This document shows positions 1 through 15,070 of a DNA stretch of 64,000 bases, piece by piece. Both the position numbers and the translations under genes were made by a program. Numbering within the stretch: the first letter of the stretch is position 1; each line of letters opens with the position of its first letter. Under the pieces are notes generated by a model that worked only from the letters and a program-made list of their open reading frames with translations, searched no databases and was not told the DNA's origin. The DNA comes from Balanoglossus misakiensis (lineage: Eukaryota; Animalia; Hemichordata): assembly GCA_040954595.2 (NCBI GenBank), contig CM082582.2:12994327-13058326 (forward strand), read 5' to 3'.

Positions 1-3000
1 TTTCAAAATTTGGTCATTTTTTGAAAAAACCATGGGTTATAGCTCAGGAAAATGTCGAAAAATCGACGATTTTTCGACTTTGCGAATTTTCAAAATTTGG
101 TCATTTTTTGAAAAAACCATGGGTTATAGCTCAGGAAAATGTCGAAAAATCGACGATTTTTCGACTTTGCGAATTTTCAAAATTTGGTCATTTTTTGAAA
201 AAACCATGGGTTATAGCTCAGGAAAATGTCGAAAAATCGACGATTTTTCGACTTTGCGAATTTTCAAAATTTGGTCATTTTTTGAAAAAACCATGGGTTA
301 TAGCTCAGGAAAATGTTCAAAAATCGACGATTTTTCGACTTTGCGAATTTTCAAAATTTGGTCATTTTTTGAAAAAACCATGGGTTATAGCTCAGGAAAA
401 TGTCGAAAAATCGACGATTTTTCGACTTTGCGAATTTTCAAAATTTGGTCATTTTTTGAAAAAACCATGGGTTATAGCTCAGGAAAATGTCGAAAAATCG
501 ACGATTTTTCGACTTTGCGAATTTTCAAAATTTGGTCATTTTTTGAAAAAACCATGGGTTATAGCTCAGGAAAATGTCGAAAAATCGACGATTTTTCGAC
601 TTTGCGAATTTTCAAAATTTGGTCATTTTTTGAAAAAACCATGGGTTATAGCTCAGGAAAATGTCGAAAAATCGACGATTTTTCGACTTTGCGAATTTTC
701 AAAATTTGGTCATTTTTTGAAAAAACCATGGGTTATAGCTCAGGAAAATGTCGAAAAATCGACGATTTTTCGACTTTGCGAATTTTCAAAATTTGGTCAT
801 TTTTTGAAAAAACCATGGGTTATAGCTCAGGAAAATGTCGAAAAATCGACGATTTTTCGACTTTGCGAATTTTCAAAATTTGGTCATTTTTTGAAAAAAC
901 CATGGGTTATAGCTCAGGAAAATGTCGAAAAATCGACGATTTTTCGACTTTGCGAATTTTCAAAATTTGGTCATTTTTTGAAAAAACCATGGGTTATAGC
1001 TCAGGAAAATGTCGAAAAATCGACGATTTTTCGACTTTGCGAATTTTCAAAATTTGGTCATTTTTTGAAAAAACCATGGGTTATAGCTCAGGAAAATGTC
1101 GAAAAATCGACGATTATTTCGACTTTGCGAATTTTCAAAATTTGGTCATTTTTTGAAAAAACCATGGGTTATAGCTCAGGAAAATGTCGAAAAATCGACG
1201 ATTTTTCGACTTTGCGAATTTTCAAAATTTGGTCATTTTTTGAAAAAACCATGGGTTATAGCTCAGGAAAATGTCGAAAAATCGACGATTTTTCGACTTT
1301 GCGAATTTTCAAAATTTGGTCATTTTTTGAAAAAACCATGGGTTATAGCTCAGGAAAATGTCGAAAAATCGACGATTTTTCGACTTTGCGAATTTTCAAA
1401 ATTTGGTCATTTTTTGAAAAAACCATGGGTTATAGCTCAGGAAAATGTCGAAAAATCGACGATTTTTCGACTTTGCGAATTTTCAAAATTTGGTCATTTT
1501 TTGAAAAAACCATGGGTTATAGCTCAGGAAAATGTCGAAAAATCGACGATTTTTCGACTTTGCGAATTTTCAAAATTTGGTCATTTTTTGAAAAAACCAT
1601 GGGTTATAGCTCAGGAAAATGTCGAAAAATCGACGATTTTTCGACTTTGCGAATTTTCAAAATTTGGTCATTTTTTGAAAAAACCATGGGTTATAGCTCA
1701 GGAAAATGTTCAAAAATCGACGATTTTTCGACTTTGCGAATTTTCAAAATTTGGTCATTTTTTGAAAAAACCATGGGTTATAGCTCAGGAAAATGTTCAA
1801 AAATCGACGATTTTTCGACTTTGCGAATTTTCAAAATTTGGTCATTTTTTGAAAAAACCATGGGTTATAGCTCAGGAAAATGTCGAAAAATCGACGATTT
1901 TTCGACTTTGCGAATTTTCAAAATTTGGTCATTTTTTGAAAAAACCATGGGTTATAGCTCAGGAAAATGTCGAAAAATCGACGATTTTTCGACTTTGCGA
2001 ATTTTCAAAATTTGGTCATTTTTTGAAAAAACCATGGGTTATAGCTCAGGAAAATGTCGAAAAATCGACGATTTTTCGACTTTGCGAATTTTCAAAATTT
2101 GGTCATTTTTTGAAAAAACCATGGGTTATAGCTCAGGAAAATGTCGAAAAATCGACGATTTTTCGACTTTGCGAATTTTCAAAATTTGGTCATTTTTTGA
2201 AAAAACCATGGGTTATAGCTCAGGAAAATGTCGAAAAATCGACGATTTTTCGACTTTGCGAATTTTCAAAATTTGGTCATTTTTTGAAAAAACCATGGGT
2301 TATAGCTCAGGAAAATGTCGAAAAATCGACGATTTTTCGACTTTGCGAATTTTCAAAATTTGGTCATTTTTTGAAAAAACCATGGGTTATAGCTCAGGAA
2401 AATGTCGAAAAATCGACGATTTTTCGACTTTGCGAATTTTCAAAATTTGGTCATTTTTTGAAAAAACCATGGGTTATAGCTCAGGAAAATGTCGAAAAAT
2501 CGACGATTTTTCGACTTTGCGAATTTTCAAAATTTGGTCATTTTTTGAAAAAACCATGGGTTATAGCTCAGGAAAATGTCGAAAAATCGACGATTTTTCG
2601 ACTTTGCGAATTTTCAAAATTTGGTCATTTTTTGAAAAAACCATGGGTTATAGCTCAGGAAAATGTCGAAAAATCGACGATTTTTCGACTTTGCGAATTT
2701 TCAAAATTTGGTCATTTTTTGAAAAAACCATGGGTTATAGCTCAGGAAAATGTCGAAAAATCGACGATTTTTCGACTTTGCGAATTTTCAAAATTTGGTC
2801 ATTTTTTGAAAAAACCATGGGTTATAGCTCAGGAAAATGTCGAAAAATCGACGATTTTTCGACTTTGCGAATTTTCAAAATTTGGTCATTTTTTGAAAAA
2901 ACCATGGGTTATAGCTCAGGAAAATGTCGAAAAATCGACGATTTTTCGACTTTGCGAATTTTCAAAATTTGGTCATTTTTTGAAAAAACCATGGGTTATA

Positions 3001-6000
3001 GCTCAGGAAAATGTCGAAAAATCGACGATTTTTCGACTTTGCGAATTTTCAAAATTTGGTCATTTTTTGAAAAAACCATGGGTTATAGCTCAGGAAAATG
3101 TCGAAAAATCGACGATTTTTCGACTTTGCGAATTTTCAAAATTTGGTCATTTTTTGAAAAAACCATGGGTTATAGCTCAGGAAAATGTCGAAAAATCGAC
3201 GATTTTTCGACTTTGCGAATTTTCAAAATTTGGTCATTTTTTGAAAAAACCATGGGTTATAGCTCAGGAAAATGTCGAAAAATCGACGATTTTTCGACTT
3301 TGCGAATTTTCAAAATTTGGTCATTTTTTGAAAAAACCATGGGTTATAGCTCAGGAAAATGTCGAAAAATCGACGATTTTTCGACTTTGCGAATTTTCAA
3401 AATTTGGTCATTTTTTGAAAAAACCATGGGTTATAGCTCAGGAAAATGTCGAAAAATCGACGATTTTTCGACTTTGCGAATTTTCAAAATTTGGTCATTT
3501 TTTGAAAAAACCATGGGTTATAGCTCAGGAAAATGTCGAAAAATCGACGATTTTTCGACTTTGCGAATTTTCAAAATTTGGTCATTTTTTGAAAAAACCA
3601 TGGGTTATAGCTCAGGAAAATGTCGAAAAATCGACGATTTTTCGACTTTGCGAATTTTCAAAATTTGGTCATTTTTTGAAAAAACCATGGGTTATAGCTC
3701 AGGAAAATGTCGAAAAATCGACGATTTTTCGACTTTGCGAATTTTCAAAATTTGGTCATTTTTTGAAAAAACCATGGGTTATAGCTCAGGAAAATGTCGA
3801 AAAATCGACGATTTTTCGACTTTGCGAATTTTCAAAATTTGGTCATTTTTTGAAAAAACCATGGGTTATAGCTCAGGAAAATGTCGAAAAATCGACGATT
3901 TTTCGACTTTGCGAATTTTCAAAATTTGGTCATTTTTTGAAAAAACCATGGGTTATAGCTCAGGAAAATGTCGAAAAATCGACGATTTTTCGACTTTGCG
4001 AATTTTCAAAATTTGGTCATTTTTTGAAAAAACCATGGGTTATAGCTCAGGAAAATGTCGAAAAATCGACGATTTTTCGACTTTGCGAATTTTCAAAATT
4101 TGGTCATTTTTTGAAAAAACCATGGGTTATAGCTCAGGAAAATGTCGAAAAATCGACGATTTTTCGACTTTGCGAATTTTCAAAATTTGGTCATTTTTTG
4201 AAAAAACCATGGGTTATAGCTCAGGAAAATGTCGAAAAATCGACGATTTTTCGACTTTGCGAATTTTCAAAATTTGGTCATTTTTTGAAAAAACCATGGG
4301 TTATAGCTCAGGAAAATGTCGAAAAATCGACGATTTTTCGACTTTGCGAATTTTCAAAATTTGGTCATTTTTTGAAAAAACCATGGGTTATAGCTCAGGA
4401 AAATGTCGAAAAATCGACGATTTTTCGACTTTGCGAATTTTCAAAATTTGGTCATTTTTTGAAAAAACCATGGGTTATAGCTCAGGAAAATGTCGAAAAA
4501 TCGACGATTTTTCGACTTTGCGAATTTTCAAAATTTGGTCATTTTTTGAAAAAACCATGGGTTATAGCTCAGGAAAATGTCGAAAAATCGACGATTTTTC
4601 GACTTTGCGAATTTTCAAAATTTGGTCATTTTTTGAAAAAACCATGGGTTATAGCTCAGGAAAATGTCGAAAAATCGACGATTTTTCGACTTTGCGAATT
4701 TTCAAAATTTGGTCATTTTTTGAAAAAACCATGGGTTATAGCTCAGGAAAATGTCGAAAAATCGACGATTTTTCGACTTTGCGAATTTTCAAAATTTGGT
4801 CATTTTTTGAAAAAACCATGGGTTATAGCTCAGGAAAATGTCGAAAAATCGACGATTTTTCGACTTTGCGAATTTTCAAAATTTGGTCATTTTTTGAAAA
4901 AACCATGGGTTATAGCTCAGGAAAATGTCGAAAAATCGACGATTTTTCGACTTTGCGAATTTTCAAAATTTGGTCATTTTTTGAAAAAACCATGGGTTAT
5001 AGCTCAGGAAAATGTCGAAAAATCGACGATTTTTCGACTTTGCGAATTTTCAAAATTTGGTCATTTTTTGAAAAAACCATGGGTTATAGCTCAGGAAAAT
5101 GTCGAAAAATCGACGATTTTTCGACTTTGCGAATTTTCAAAATTTGGTCATTTTTTGAAAAAACCATGGGTTATAGCTCAGGAAAATGTCGAAAAATCGA
5201 CGATTTTTCGACTTTGCGAATTTTCAAAATTTGGTCATTTTTTGAAAAAACCATGGGTTATAGCTCAGGAAAATGTCGAAAAATCGACGATTTTTCGACT
5301 TTGCGAATTTTCAAAATTTGGTCATTTTTTGAAAAAACCATGGGTTATAGCTCAGGAAAATGTCGAAAAATCGACGATTTTTCGACTTTGCGAATTTTCA
5401 AAATTTGGTCATTTTTTGAAAAAACCATGGGTTATAGCTCAGGAAAATGTCGAAAAATCGACGATTTTTCGACTTTGCGAATTTTCAAAATTTGGTCATT
5501 TTTTGAAAAAACCATGGGTTATAGCTCAGGAAAATGTCGAAAAATCGACGATAATTCGACTTTGCGAATTTTCAAAATTTGGTCATTTTTTGAAAAAACC
5601 ATGGGTTATAGCTCAGGAAAATGTCGAAAAATCGACGATTATTCGACTTTGCGAATTTTCAAAATTTGGTCATTTTTTGAAAAAACCATGGGTTATAGCT
5701 CAGGAAAATGTCGAAAAATCGACGATTTTTCGACTTTGCGAATTTTCAAAATTTGGTCATTTTTTGAAAAAACCATGGGTTATAGCTCAGGAAAATGTCG
5801 AAAAATCGACGATTTTTCGACTTTGCGAATTTTCAAAATTTGGTCATTTTTTGAAAAAACCATGGGTTATAGCTCAGGAAAATGTCGAAAAATCGACGAT
5901 TTTTCGACTTTGCGAATTTTCAAAATTTGGTCATTTTTTGAAAAAACCATGGGTTATAGCTCAGGAAAATGTTCAAAAATCGACGATTTTTCGACTTTGC

Positions 6001-9000
6001 GAATTTTCAAAATTTGGTCATTTTTTGAAAAAACCATGGGTTATAGCTCAGGAAAATGTTCAAAAATCGACGATTTTTCGACTTTGCGAATTTTCAAAAT
6101 TTGGTCATTTTTTGAAAAAACCATGGGTTATAGCTCAGGAAAATGTCGAAAAATCGACGATTTTTCGACTTTGCGAATTTTCAAAATTTGGTCATTTTTT
6201 GAAAAAACCATGGGTTATAGCTCAGGAAAATGTTCAAAAATCGACGATTTTTCGACTTTGCGAATTTTCAAAATTTGGTCATTTTTTGAAAAAACCATGG
6301 GTTATAGCTCAGGAAAATGTTCAAAAATCGACGATTTTTCGACTTTGCGAATTTTCAAAATTTGGTCATTTTTTGAAAAAACCATGGGTTATAGCTCAGG
6401 AAAATGTCGAAAAATCGACGATTTTTCGACTTTGCGAATTTTCAAAATTTGGTCATTTTTTGAAAAAACCATGGGTTATAGCTCAGGAAAATGTCGAAAA
6501 ATCGACGATTTTTCGACTTTGCGAATTTTCAAAATTTGGTCATTTTTTGAAAAAACCATGGGTTATAGCTCAGGAAAATGTCGAAAAATCGACGATTTTT
6601 CGACTTTGCGAATTTTCAAAATTTGGTCATTTTTTGAAAAAACCATGGGTTATAGCTCAGGAAAATGTCGAAAAATCGACGATTTTTCGACTTTGCGAAT
6701 TTTCAAAATTTGGTCATTTTTTGAAAAAACCATGGGTTATAGCTCAGGAAAATGTCGAAAAATCGACGATTTTTCGACTTTGCGAATTTTCAAAATTTGG
6801 TCATTTTTTGAAAAAACCATGGGTTATAGCTCAGGAAAATGTCGAAAAATCGACGATTTTTCGACTTTGCGAATTTTCAAAATTTGGTCATTTTTTGAAA
6901 AAACCATGGGTTATAGCTCAGGAAAATGTCGAAAAATCGACGATTTTTCGACTTTGCGAATTTTCAAAATTTGGTCATTTTTTGAAAAAACCATGGGTTA
7001 TAGCTCAGGAAAATGTCGAAAAATCGACGATAATTCGACTTTGCGAATTTTCAAAATTTGGTCATTTTTTGAAAAAACCATGGGTTATAGCTCAGGAAAA
7101 TGTCGAAAAATCGACGATTTTTCGACTTTGCGAATTTTCAAAATTTGGTCATTTTTTGAAAAAACCATGGGTTATAGCTCAGGAAAATGTCGAAAAATCG
7201 ACGATTTTTCGACTTTGCGAATTTTCAAAATTTGGTCATTTTTTGAAAAAACCATGGGTTATAGCTCAGGAAAATGTCGAAAAATCGACGATTTTTCGAC
7301 TTTGCGAATTTTCAAAATTTGGTCATTTTTTGAAAAAACCATGGGTTATAGCTCAGGAAAATGTCGAAAAATCGACGATTTTTCGACTTTGCGAATTTTC
7401 AAAATTTGGTCATTTTTTGAAAAAACCATGGGTTATAGCTCAGGAAAATGTCGAAAAATCGACGATTTTTCGACTTTGCGAATTTTCAAAATTTGGTCAT
7501 TTTTTGAAAAAACCATGGGTTATAGCTCAGGAAAATGTTCAAAAATCGACGATTTTTCGACTTTGCGAATTTTCAAAATTTGGTCATTTTTTGAAAAAAC
7601 CATGGGTTATAGCTCAGGAAAATGTTCGAAAAATCGACGATTTTTCGACTTTGCGAATTTTCAAAATTTGGTCATTTTTTGAAAAAACCATGGGTTATAG
7701 CTCAGGAAAATGTCGAAAAATCGACGATTTTTCGACTTTGCGAATTTTCAAAATTTGGTCATTTTTTGAAAAAACCATGGGTTATAGCTCAGGAAAATGT
7801 CGAAAAATCGACGATTTTTCGACTTTGCGAATTTTCAAAATTTGGTCATTTTTTGAAAAAACCATGGGTTATAGCTCAGGAAAATGTCGAAAAATCGACG
7901 ATTTTTCGACTTTGCGAATTTTCAAAATTTGGTCATTTTTTGAAAAAACCATGGGTTATAGCTCAGGAAAATGTCGAAAAATCGACGATTTTTCGACTTT
8001 GCGAATTTTCAAAATTTGGTCATTTTTTGAAAAAACCATGGGTTATAGCTCAGGAAAATGTCGAAAAATCGACGATTTTTCGACTTTGCGAATTTTCAAA
8101 ATTTGGTCATTTTTTGAAAAAACCATGGGTTATAGCTCAGGAAAATGTCGAAAAATCGACGATTTTTCGACTTTGCGAATTTTCAAAATTTGGTCATTTT
8201 TTGAAAAAACCATGGGTTATAGCTCAGGAAAATGTCGAAAAATCGACGATTTTTCGACTTTGCGAATTTTCAAAATTTGGTCATTTTTTGAAAAAACCAT
8301 GGGTTATAGCTCAGGAAAATGTCGAAAAATCGACGATAATTCGACTTTGCGAATTTTCAAAATTTGGTCATTTTTTGAAAAAACCATGGGTTATAGCTCA
8401 GGAAAATGTCGAAAAATCGACGATTTTTCGACTTTGCGAATTTTCAAAATTTGGTCATTTTTTAAAAAAAACCATGGGTTATAGCTCAGGAAAATGTCGA
8501 AAAATCGACGATTTTTCGACTTTGCGAATTTTCAAAATTTGGTCATTTTTTAAAAAAACCATGGGTTATAGCTCAGGAAAATGTCGAAAAATCGACGATT
8601 TTTCGACTTTGCGAATTTTCAAAATTTGGTCATTTTTTGAAAAAACCATGGGTTATAGCTCAGGAAAATGTCGAAAAATCGACGATTTTTCGACTTTGCG
8701 AATTTTCAAAATTTGGTCATTTTTTGAAAAAACCATGGGTTATAGCTCAGGAAAATGTCGAAAAATCGACGATTTTTCGACTTTGCGAATTTTCAAAATT
8801 TGGTCATTTTTTGAAAAAACCATGGGTTATAGCTCAGGAAAATGTCGAAAAATCGACGATTTTTCGACTTTGCGAATTTTCAAAATTTGGTCATTTTTTG
8901 AAAAAACCATGGGTTATAGCTCAGGAAAATGTCGAAAAATCGACGATTTTTCGACTTTGCGAATTTTCAAAATTTGGTCATTTTTTAAAAAAACCATGGG

Positions 9001-12000
9001 TTATAGCTCAGGAAAATGTCGAAAAATCGACGATTTTTCGACTTTGCGAATTTTCAAAATTTGGTCATTTTTTGAAAAAAACCATGGGTTATAGCTCAGG
9101 AAAATGTCGAAAAATCGACGATTTTTCGACTTTGCGAATTTTCAAAATTTGGTCATTTTTTGAAAAAACCATGGGTTATAGCTCAGGAAAATGTCGAAAA
9201 ATCGACGATTTTTCGACTTTGCGAATTTTCAAAATTTGGTCATTTTTTGAAAAAACCATGGGTTATAGCTCAGGAAAATGTCGAAAAATCGACGATTTTT
9301 CGACTTTGCGAATTTTCAAAATTTGGTCATTTTTTGAAAAAACCATGGGTTATAGCTCAGGAAAATGTCGAAAAATCGACGATTTTTCGACTTTGCGAAT
9401 TTTCAAAATTTGGTCATTTTTTGAAAAAACCATGGGTTATAGCTCAGGAAAATGTCGAAAAATCGACGATTTTTCGACTTTGCGAATTTTCAAAATTTGG
9501 TCATTTTTTGAAAAAACCATGGGTTATAGCTCAGGAAAATGTCGAAAAATCGACGATTTTTCGACTTTGCGAATTTTCAAAATTTGGTCATTTTTTGAAA
9601 AAACCATGGGTTATAGCTCAGGAAAATGTCGAAAAATCGACGATTTTTCGACTTTGCGAATTTTCAAAATTTGGTCATTTTTTGAAAAAACCATGGGTTA
9701 TAGCTCAGGAAAATGTCGAAAAATCGACGATTTTTCGACTTTGCGAATTTTCAAAATTTGGTCATTTTTTGAAAAAACCATGGGTTATAGCTCAGGAAAA
9801 TGTCGAAAAATCGACGATTTTTCGACTTTGCGAATTTTCAAAATTTGGTCATTTTTTGAAAAAACCATGGGTTATAGCTCAGGAAAATGTCGAAAAATCG
9901 ACGATTTTTCGACTTTGCGAATTTTCAAAATTTGGTCATTTTTTGAAAAAACCATGGGTTATAGCTCAGGAAAATGTCGAAAAATCGACGATTTTTCGAC
10001 TTTGCGAATTTTCAAAATTTGGTCATTTTTTGAAAAAACCATGGGTTATAGCTCAGGAAAATGTCGAAAAATCGACGATTTTTCGACTTTGCGAATTTTC
10101 AAAATTTGGTCATTTTTTGAAAAAACCATGGGTTATAGCTCAGGAAAATGTCGAAAAATCGACGATTTTTCGACTTTGCGAATTTTCAAAATTTGGTCAT
10201 TTTTTGAAAAAACCATGGGTTATAGCTCAGGAAAATGTCGAAAAATCGACGATTTTTCGACTTTGCGAATTTTCAAAATTTGGTCATTTTTTGAAAAAAC
10301 CATGGGTTATAGCTCAGGAAAATGTCGAAAAATCGACGATTTTTCGACTTTGCGAATTTTCAAAATTTGGTCATTTTTTGAAAAAACCATGGGTTATAGC
10401 TCAGGAAAATGTCGAAAAATCGACGATTTTTCGACTTTGCGAATTTTCAAAATTTGGTCATTTTTTGAAAAAACCATGGGTTATAGCTCAGGAAAATGTC
10501 GAAAAATCGACGATTTTTCGACTTTGCGAATTTTCAAAATTTGGTCATTTTTTGAAAAAACCATGGGTTATAGCTCAGGAAAATGTCGAAAAATCGACGA
10601 TTTTTCGACTTTGCGAATTTTCAAAATTTGGTCATTTTTTGAAAAAACCATGGGTTATAGCTCAGGAAAATGTCGAAAAATCGACGATTTTTCGACTTTG
10701 CGAATTTTCAAAATTTGGTCATTTTTTGAAAAAACCATGGGTTATAGCTCAGGAAAATGTCGAAAAATCGACGATTTTTCGACTTTGCGAATTTTCAAAA
10801 TTTGGTCATTTTTTGAAAAAACCATGGGTTATAGCTCAGGAAAATGTCGAAAAATCGACGATTTTTCGACTATGCGAATTTTCAAAATTTGGTCATTTTT
10901 TGAAAAAACCATGGGTTATAGCTCAGGAAAATGTCGAAAAATCGACGATTTTTCGACTTTGCGAATTTTCAAAATTTGGTCATTTTTTGAAAAAACCATG
11001 GGTTATAGCTCAGGAAAATGTCGAAAAATCGACGATTTTTCGACTTTGCGAATTTTCAAAATTTGGTCATTTTTTGAAAAAACCATGGGTTATAGCTCAG
11101 GAAAATGTCGAAAAATCGACGATTTTTCGACTTTGCGAATTTTCAAAATTTGGTCATTTTTTGAAAAAACCATGGGTTATAGCTCAGGAAAATGTCGAAA
11201 AATCGACGATTTTTCGACTTTGCGAATTTTCAAAATTTGGTCATTTTTTGAAAAAACCATGGGTTATAGCTCAGGAAAATGTCGAAAAATCGACGATTTT
11301 TCGACTTTGCGAATTTTCAAAATTTGGTCATTTTTTGAAAAAACCATGGGTTATAGCTCAGGAAAATGTCGAAAAATCGACGATTTTTCGACTTTGCGAA
11401 TTTTCAAAATTTGGTCATTTTTTGAAAAAACCATGGGTTATAGCTCAGGAAAATGTCGAAAAATCGACGATTTTTCGACTTTGCGAATTTTCAAAATTTG
11501 GTCATTTTTTGAAAAAACCATGGGTTATAGCTCAGGAAAATGTCGAAAAATCGACGATTTTTCGACTTTGCGAATTTTCAAAATTTGGTCATTTTTTGAA
11601 AAAACCATGGGTTATAGCTCAGGAAAATGTCGAAAAATCGACGATTTTTCGACTTTGCGAATTTTCAAAATTTGGTCATTTTTTGAAAAAACCATGGGTT
11701 ATAGCTCAGGAAAATGTCGAAAAATCGACGATTTTTCGACTTTGCGAATTTTCAAAATTTGGTCATTTTTTGAAAAAACCATGGGTTATAGCTCAGGAAA
11801 ATGTCGAAAAATCGACGATTTTTCGACTTTGCGAATTTTCAAAATTTGGTCATTTTTTGAAAAAACCATGGGTTATAGCTCAGGAAAATGTCGAAAAATC
11901 GACGATTTTTCGACTTTGCGAATTTTCAAAATTTGGTCATTTTTTGAAAAAACCATGGGTTATAGCTCAGGAAAATGTCGAAAAATCGACGATTTTTCGA

Positions 12001-15000
12001 CTTTGCGAATTTTCAAAATTTGGTCATTTTTTGAAAAAACCATGGGTTATAGCTCAGGAAAATGTCGAAAAATCGACGATTTTTCGACTTTGCGAATTTT
12101 CAAAATTTGGTCATTTTTTGAAAAAACCATGGGTTATAGCTCAGGAAAATGTCGAAAAATCGACGATTTTTCGACTTTGCGAATTTTCAAAATTTGGTCA
12201 TTTTTTGAAAAAACCATGGGTTATAGCTCAGGAAAATGTCGAAAAATCGACGATTTTTCGACTTTGCGAATTTTCAAAATTTGGTCATTTTTTGAAAAAA
12301 CCATGGGTTATAGCTCAGGAAAATGTCGAAAAATCGACGATTTTTCGACTTTGCGAATTTTCAAAATTTGGTCATTTTTTGAAAAAACCATGGGTTATAG
12401 CTCAGGAAAATGTCGAAAAATCGACGATTTTTCGACTTTGCGAATTTTCAAAATTTGGTCATTTTTTGAAAAAACCATGGGTTATAGCTCAGGAAAATGT
12501 CGAAAAATCGACGATTTTTCGACTATGCGAATTTTCAAAATTTGGTCATTTTTTGAAAAAACCATGGGTTATAGCTCAGGAAAATGTCGAAAAATCGACG
12601 ATTTTTCGACTTTGCGAATTTTCAAAATTTGGTCATTTTTTGAAAAAACCATGGGTTATAGCTCAGGAAAATGTCGAAAAATCGACGATTTTTCGACTTT
12701 GCGAATTTTCAAAATTTGGTCATTTTTTGAAAAAACCATGGGTTATAGCTCAGGAAAATGTCGAAAAATCGACGATTTTTCGACTTTGCGAATTTTCAAA
12801 ATTTGGTCATTTTTTGAAAAAACCATGGGTTATAGCTCAGGAAAATGTCGAAAAATCGACGATTTTTCGACTTTGCGAATTTTCAAAATTTGGTCATTTT
12901 TTGAAAAAACCGGGTTATAGCTCAGGAAAATGTCGAAAAATCGACGATTTTTCGACTATGCGAATTTTCAAAATTTGGTCATTTTTTGAAAAAACCATGG
13001 GTTATAGCTCAGGAAAATGTCGAAAAATCGACGATTTTTCGACTTTGCGAATTTTCAAAATTTGGTCATTTTTTGAAAAAACCATGGGTTATAGCTCAGG
13101 AAAATGTCGAAAAATCGACGATTTTTCGACTTTGCGAATTTTCAAAATTTGGTCATTTTTTGAAAAAACCATGGGTTATAATAGCTCAGGAAAATGTCGA
13201 AAAATCGACGATTTTTCGACTTTGCGAATTTTCAAAATTTGGTCATTTTTTGAAAAAACCATGGGTTATAGCTCAGGAAAATGTCGAAAAATCGACGATT
13301 TTTCGACTTTGCGAATTTTCAAAATTTGGTCATTTTTTGAAAAAACCATGGGTTATAATAGCTCAGGAAAATGTCGAAAAATCGACGATTTTTCGACTTT
13401 GCGAATTTTCAAAATTTGGTCATTTTTTGAAAAAACCATGGGTTATAATAGCTCAGGAAAATGTCGAAAAATCGACGATTTTTCGACTTTGCGAATTTTC
13501 AAAATTTGGTCATTTTTTGAAAAAACCATGGGTTATAGCTCAGGAAAATGTCGAAAAATCGACGATTTTTCGACTTTGCGAATTTTCAAAATTTGGTCAT
13601 TTTTTGAAAAAACCATGGGTTATAGCTCAGGAAAATGTCGAAAAATCGACGATTTTTCGACTTTGCGAATTTTCAAAATTTGGTCATTTTTTGAAAAAAC
13701 CATGGGTTATAGCTCAGGAAAATGTCGAAAAATCGACGATTTTTCGACTTTGCGAATTTTCAAAATTTGGTCATTTTTTGAAAAAACCATGGGTTATAGC
13801 TCAGGAAAATGTCGAAAAATCGACGATTTTTCGACTTTGCGAATTTTCAAAATTTGGTCATTTTTTGAAAAAAACATGGGTTATAGCTCAGGAAAATGTC
13901 GAAAAATCGACGATTTTTCGACTTTGCGAATTTTCAAAATTTGGTCATTTTTTGAAAAAACCATGGGTTATAGCTCAGGAAAATGTCGAAAAATCGACGA
14001 TTTTTCGACTTTGCGAATTTTCAAAATTTGGTCATTTTTTGAAAAAACCATGGGTTATAGCTCAGGAAAATGTCGAAAAATCGACGATTTTTCGACTTTG
14101 CGAATTTTCAAAATTTGGTCATTTTTTGAAAAAACCATGGGTTATAGCTCAGGAAAATGTCGAAAAATCGACGATTTTTCGACTTTGCGAATTTTCAAAA
14201 TTTGGTCATTTTTTGAAAAAACCATGGGTTATAGCTCAGGAAAATGTCGAAAAATCGACGATTTTTCGACTTTGCGAATTTTCAAAATTTGGTCATTTTT
14301 TGAAAAAACCGTGGGTTATAGCTCAGGAAAATGTCGAAAAATCGACGATTTTTCGACTTTGCGAATTTTCAAAATTTGGTCATTTTTTGAAAAAACCATG
14401 GGTTTAGCTCAGGAAAATGTCGAAAAATCGACGATTTTTCGACTTTGCGAATTTTCAAAATTTGGTCATTTTTTGAAAAAACCATGGGTTATAGCTCAGG
14501 AAAATGTCGAAAAATCGACGATTTTTCGACTTTGCGAATTTTCAAAATTTGGTCATTTTTTGAAAAAACCATGGGTTATAGCTCAGGAAAATGTCGAAAA
14601 ATCGACGATTTTTCGACTTTGCGAATTTTCAAAATTTGGTCATTTTTTGAAAAAACCATGGGTTATAGCTCAGGAAAATGTCGAAAAATCGACGATTTTT
14701 CGACTTTGCGAATTTTCAAAATTTGGTCATTTTTTGAAAAAACCATGGGTTATAGCTCAGGAAAATGTCGAAAAATCGACGATTTTTCGACTTTGCGAAT
14801 TTTCAAAATTTGGTCATTTTTTGAAAAAACCATGGGTTATAGCTCAGGAAAATGTCGAAAAATCGACGATTTTTCGACTTTGCGAATTTTCAAAATTTGG
14901 TCATTTTTTGAAAAAACCATGGGTTATAGCTCAGGAAAATGTCGAAAAATCGACGATTTTTCGACTTTGCGAATTTTCAAAATGTGGTCATTTTTTGAAA

Positions 15001-15070
15001 AAACCATGGGTTATAGCTCAGGAAAATGTCGAAAAATCGACGATTTTTCGACTTTGCGAATTTTCAAAAT
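1..15070. repeat. 87-bp tandem satellite array (~173 near-identical copies), continues beyond the window start
   Basis: Monomer TTTCAAAATTTGGTCATTTTTTGAAAAAACCATGGGTTATAGCTCAGGAAAATGTCGAAAAATCGACGATTTTTCGACTTTGCGAAT repeated head-to-tail with only occasional substitutions or 1-3 bp indels. Confidence 0.99.

Noticed and set aside
1-15070. CRISPR-like array (palindromic repeats)
   Set aside because: No unique spacers, no cas genes, and a eukaryotic intron-containing context.
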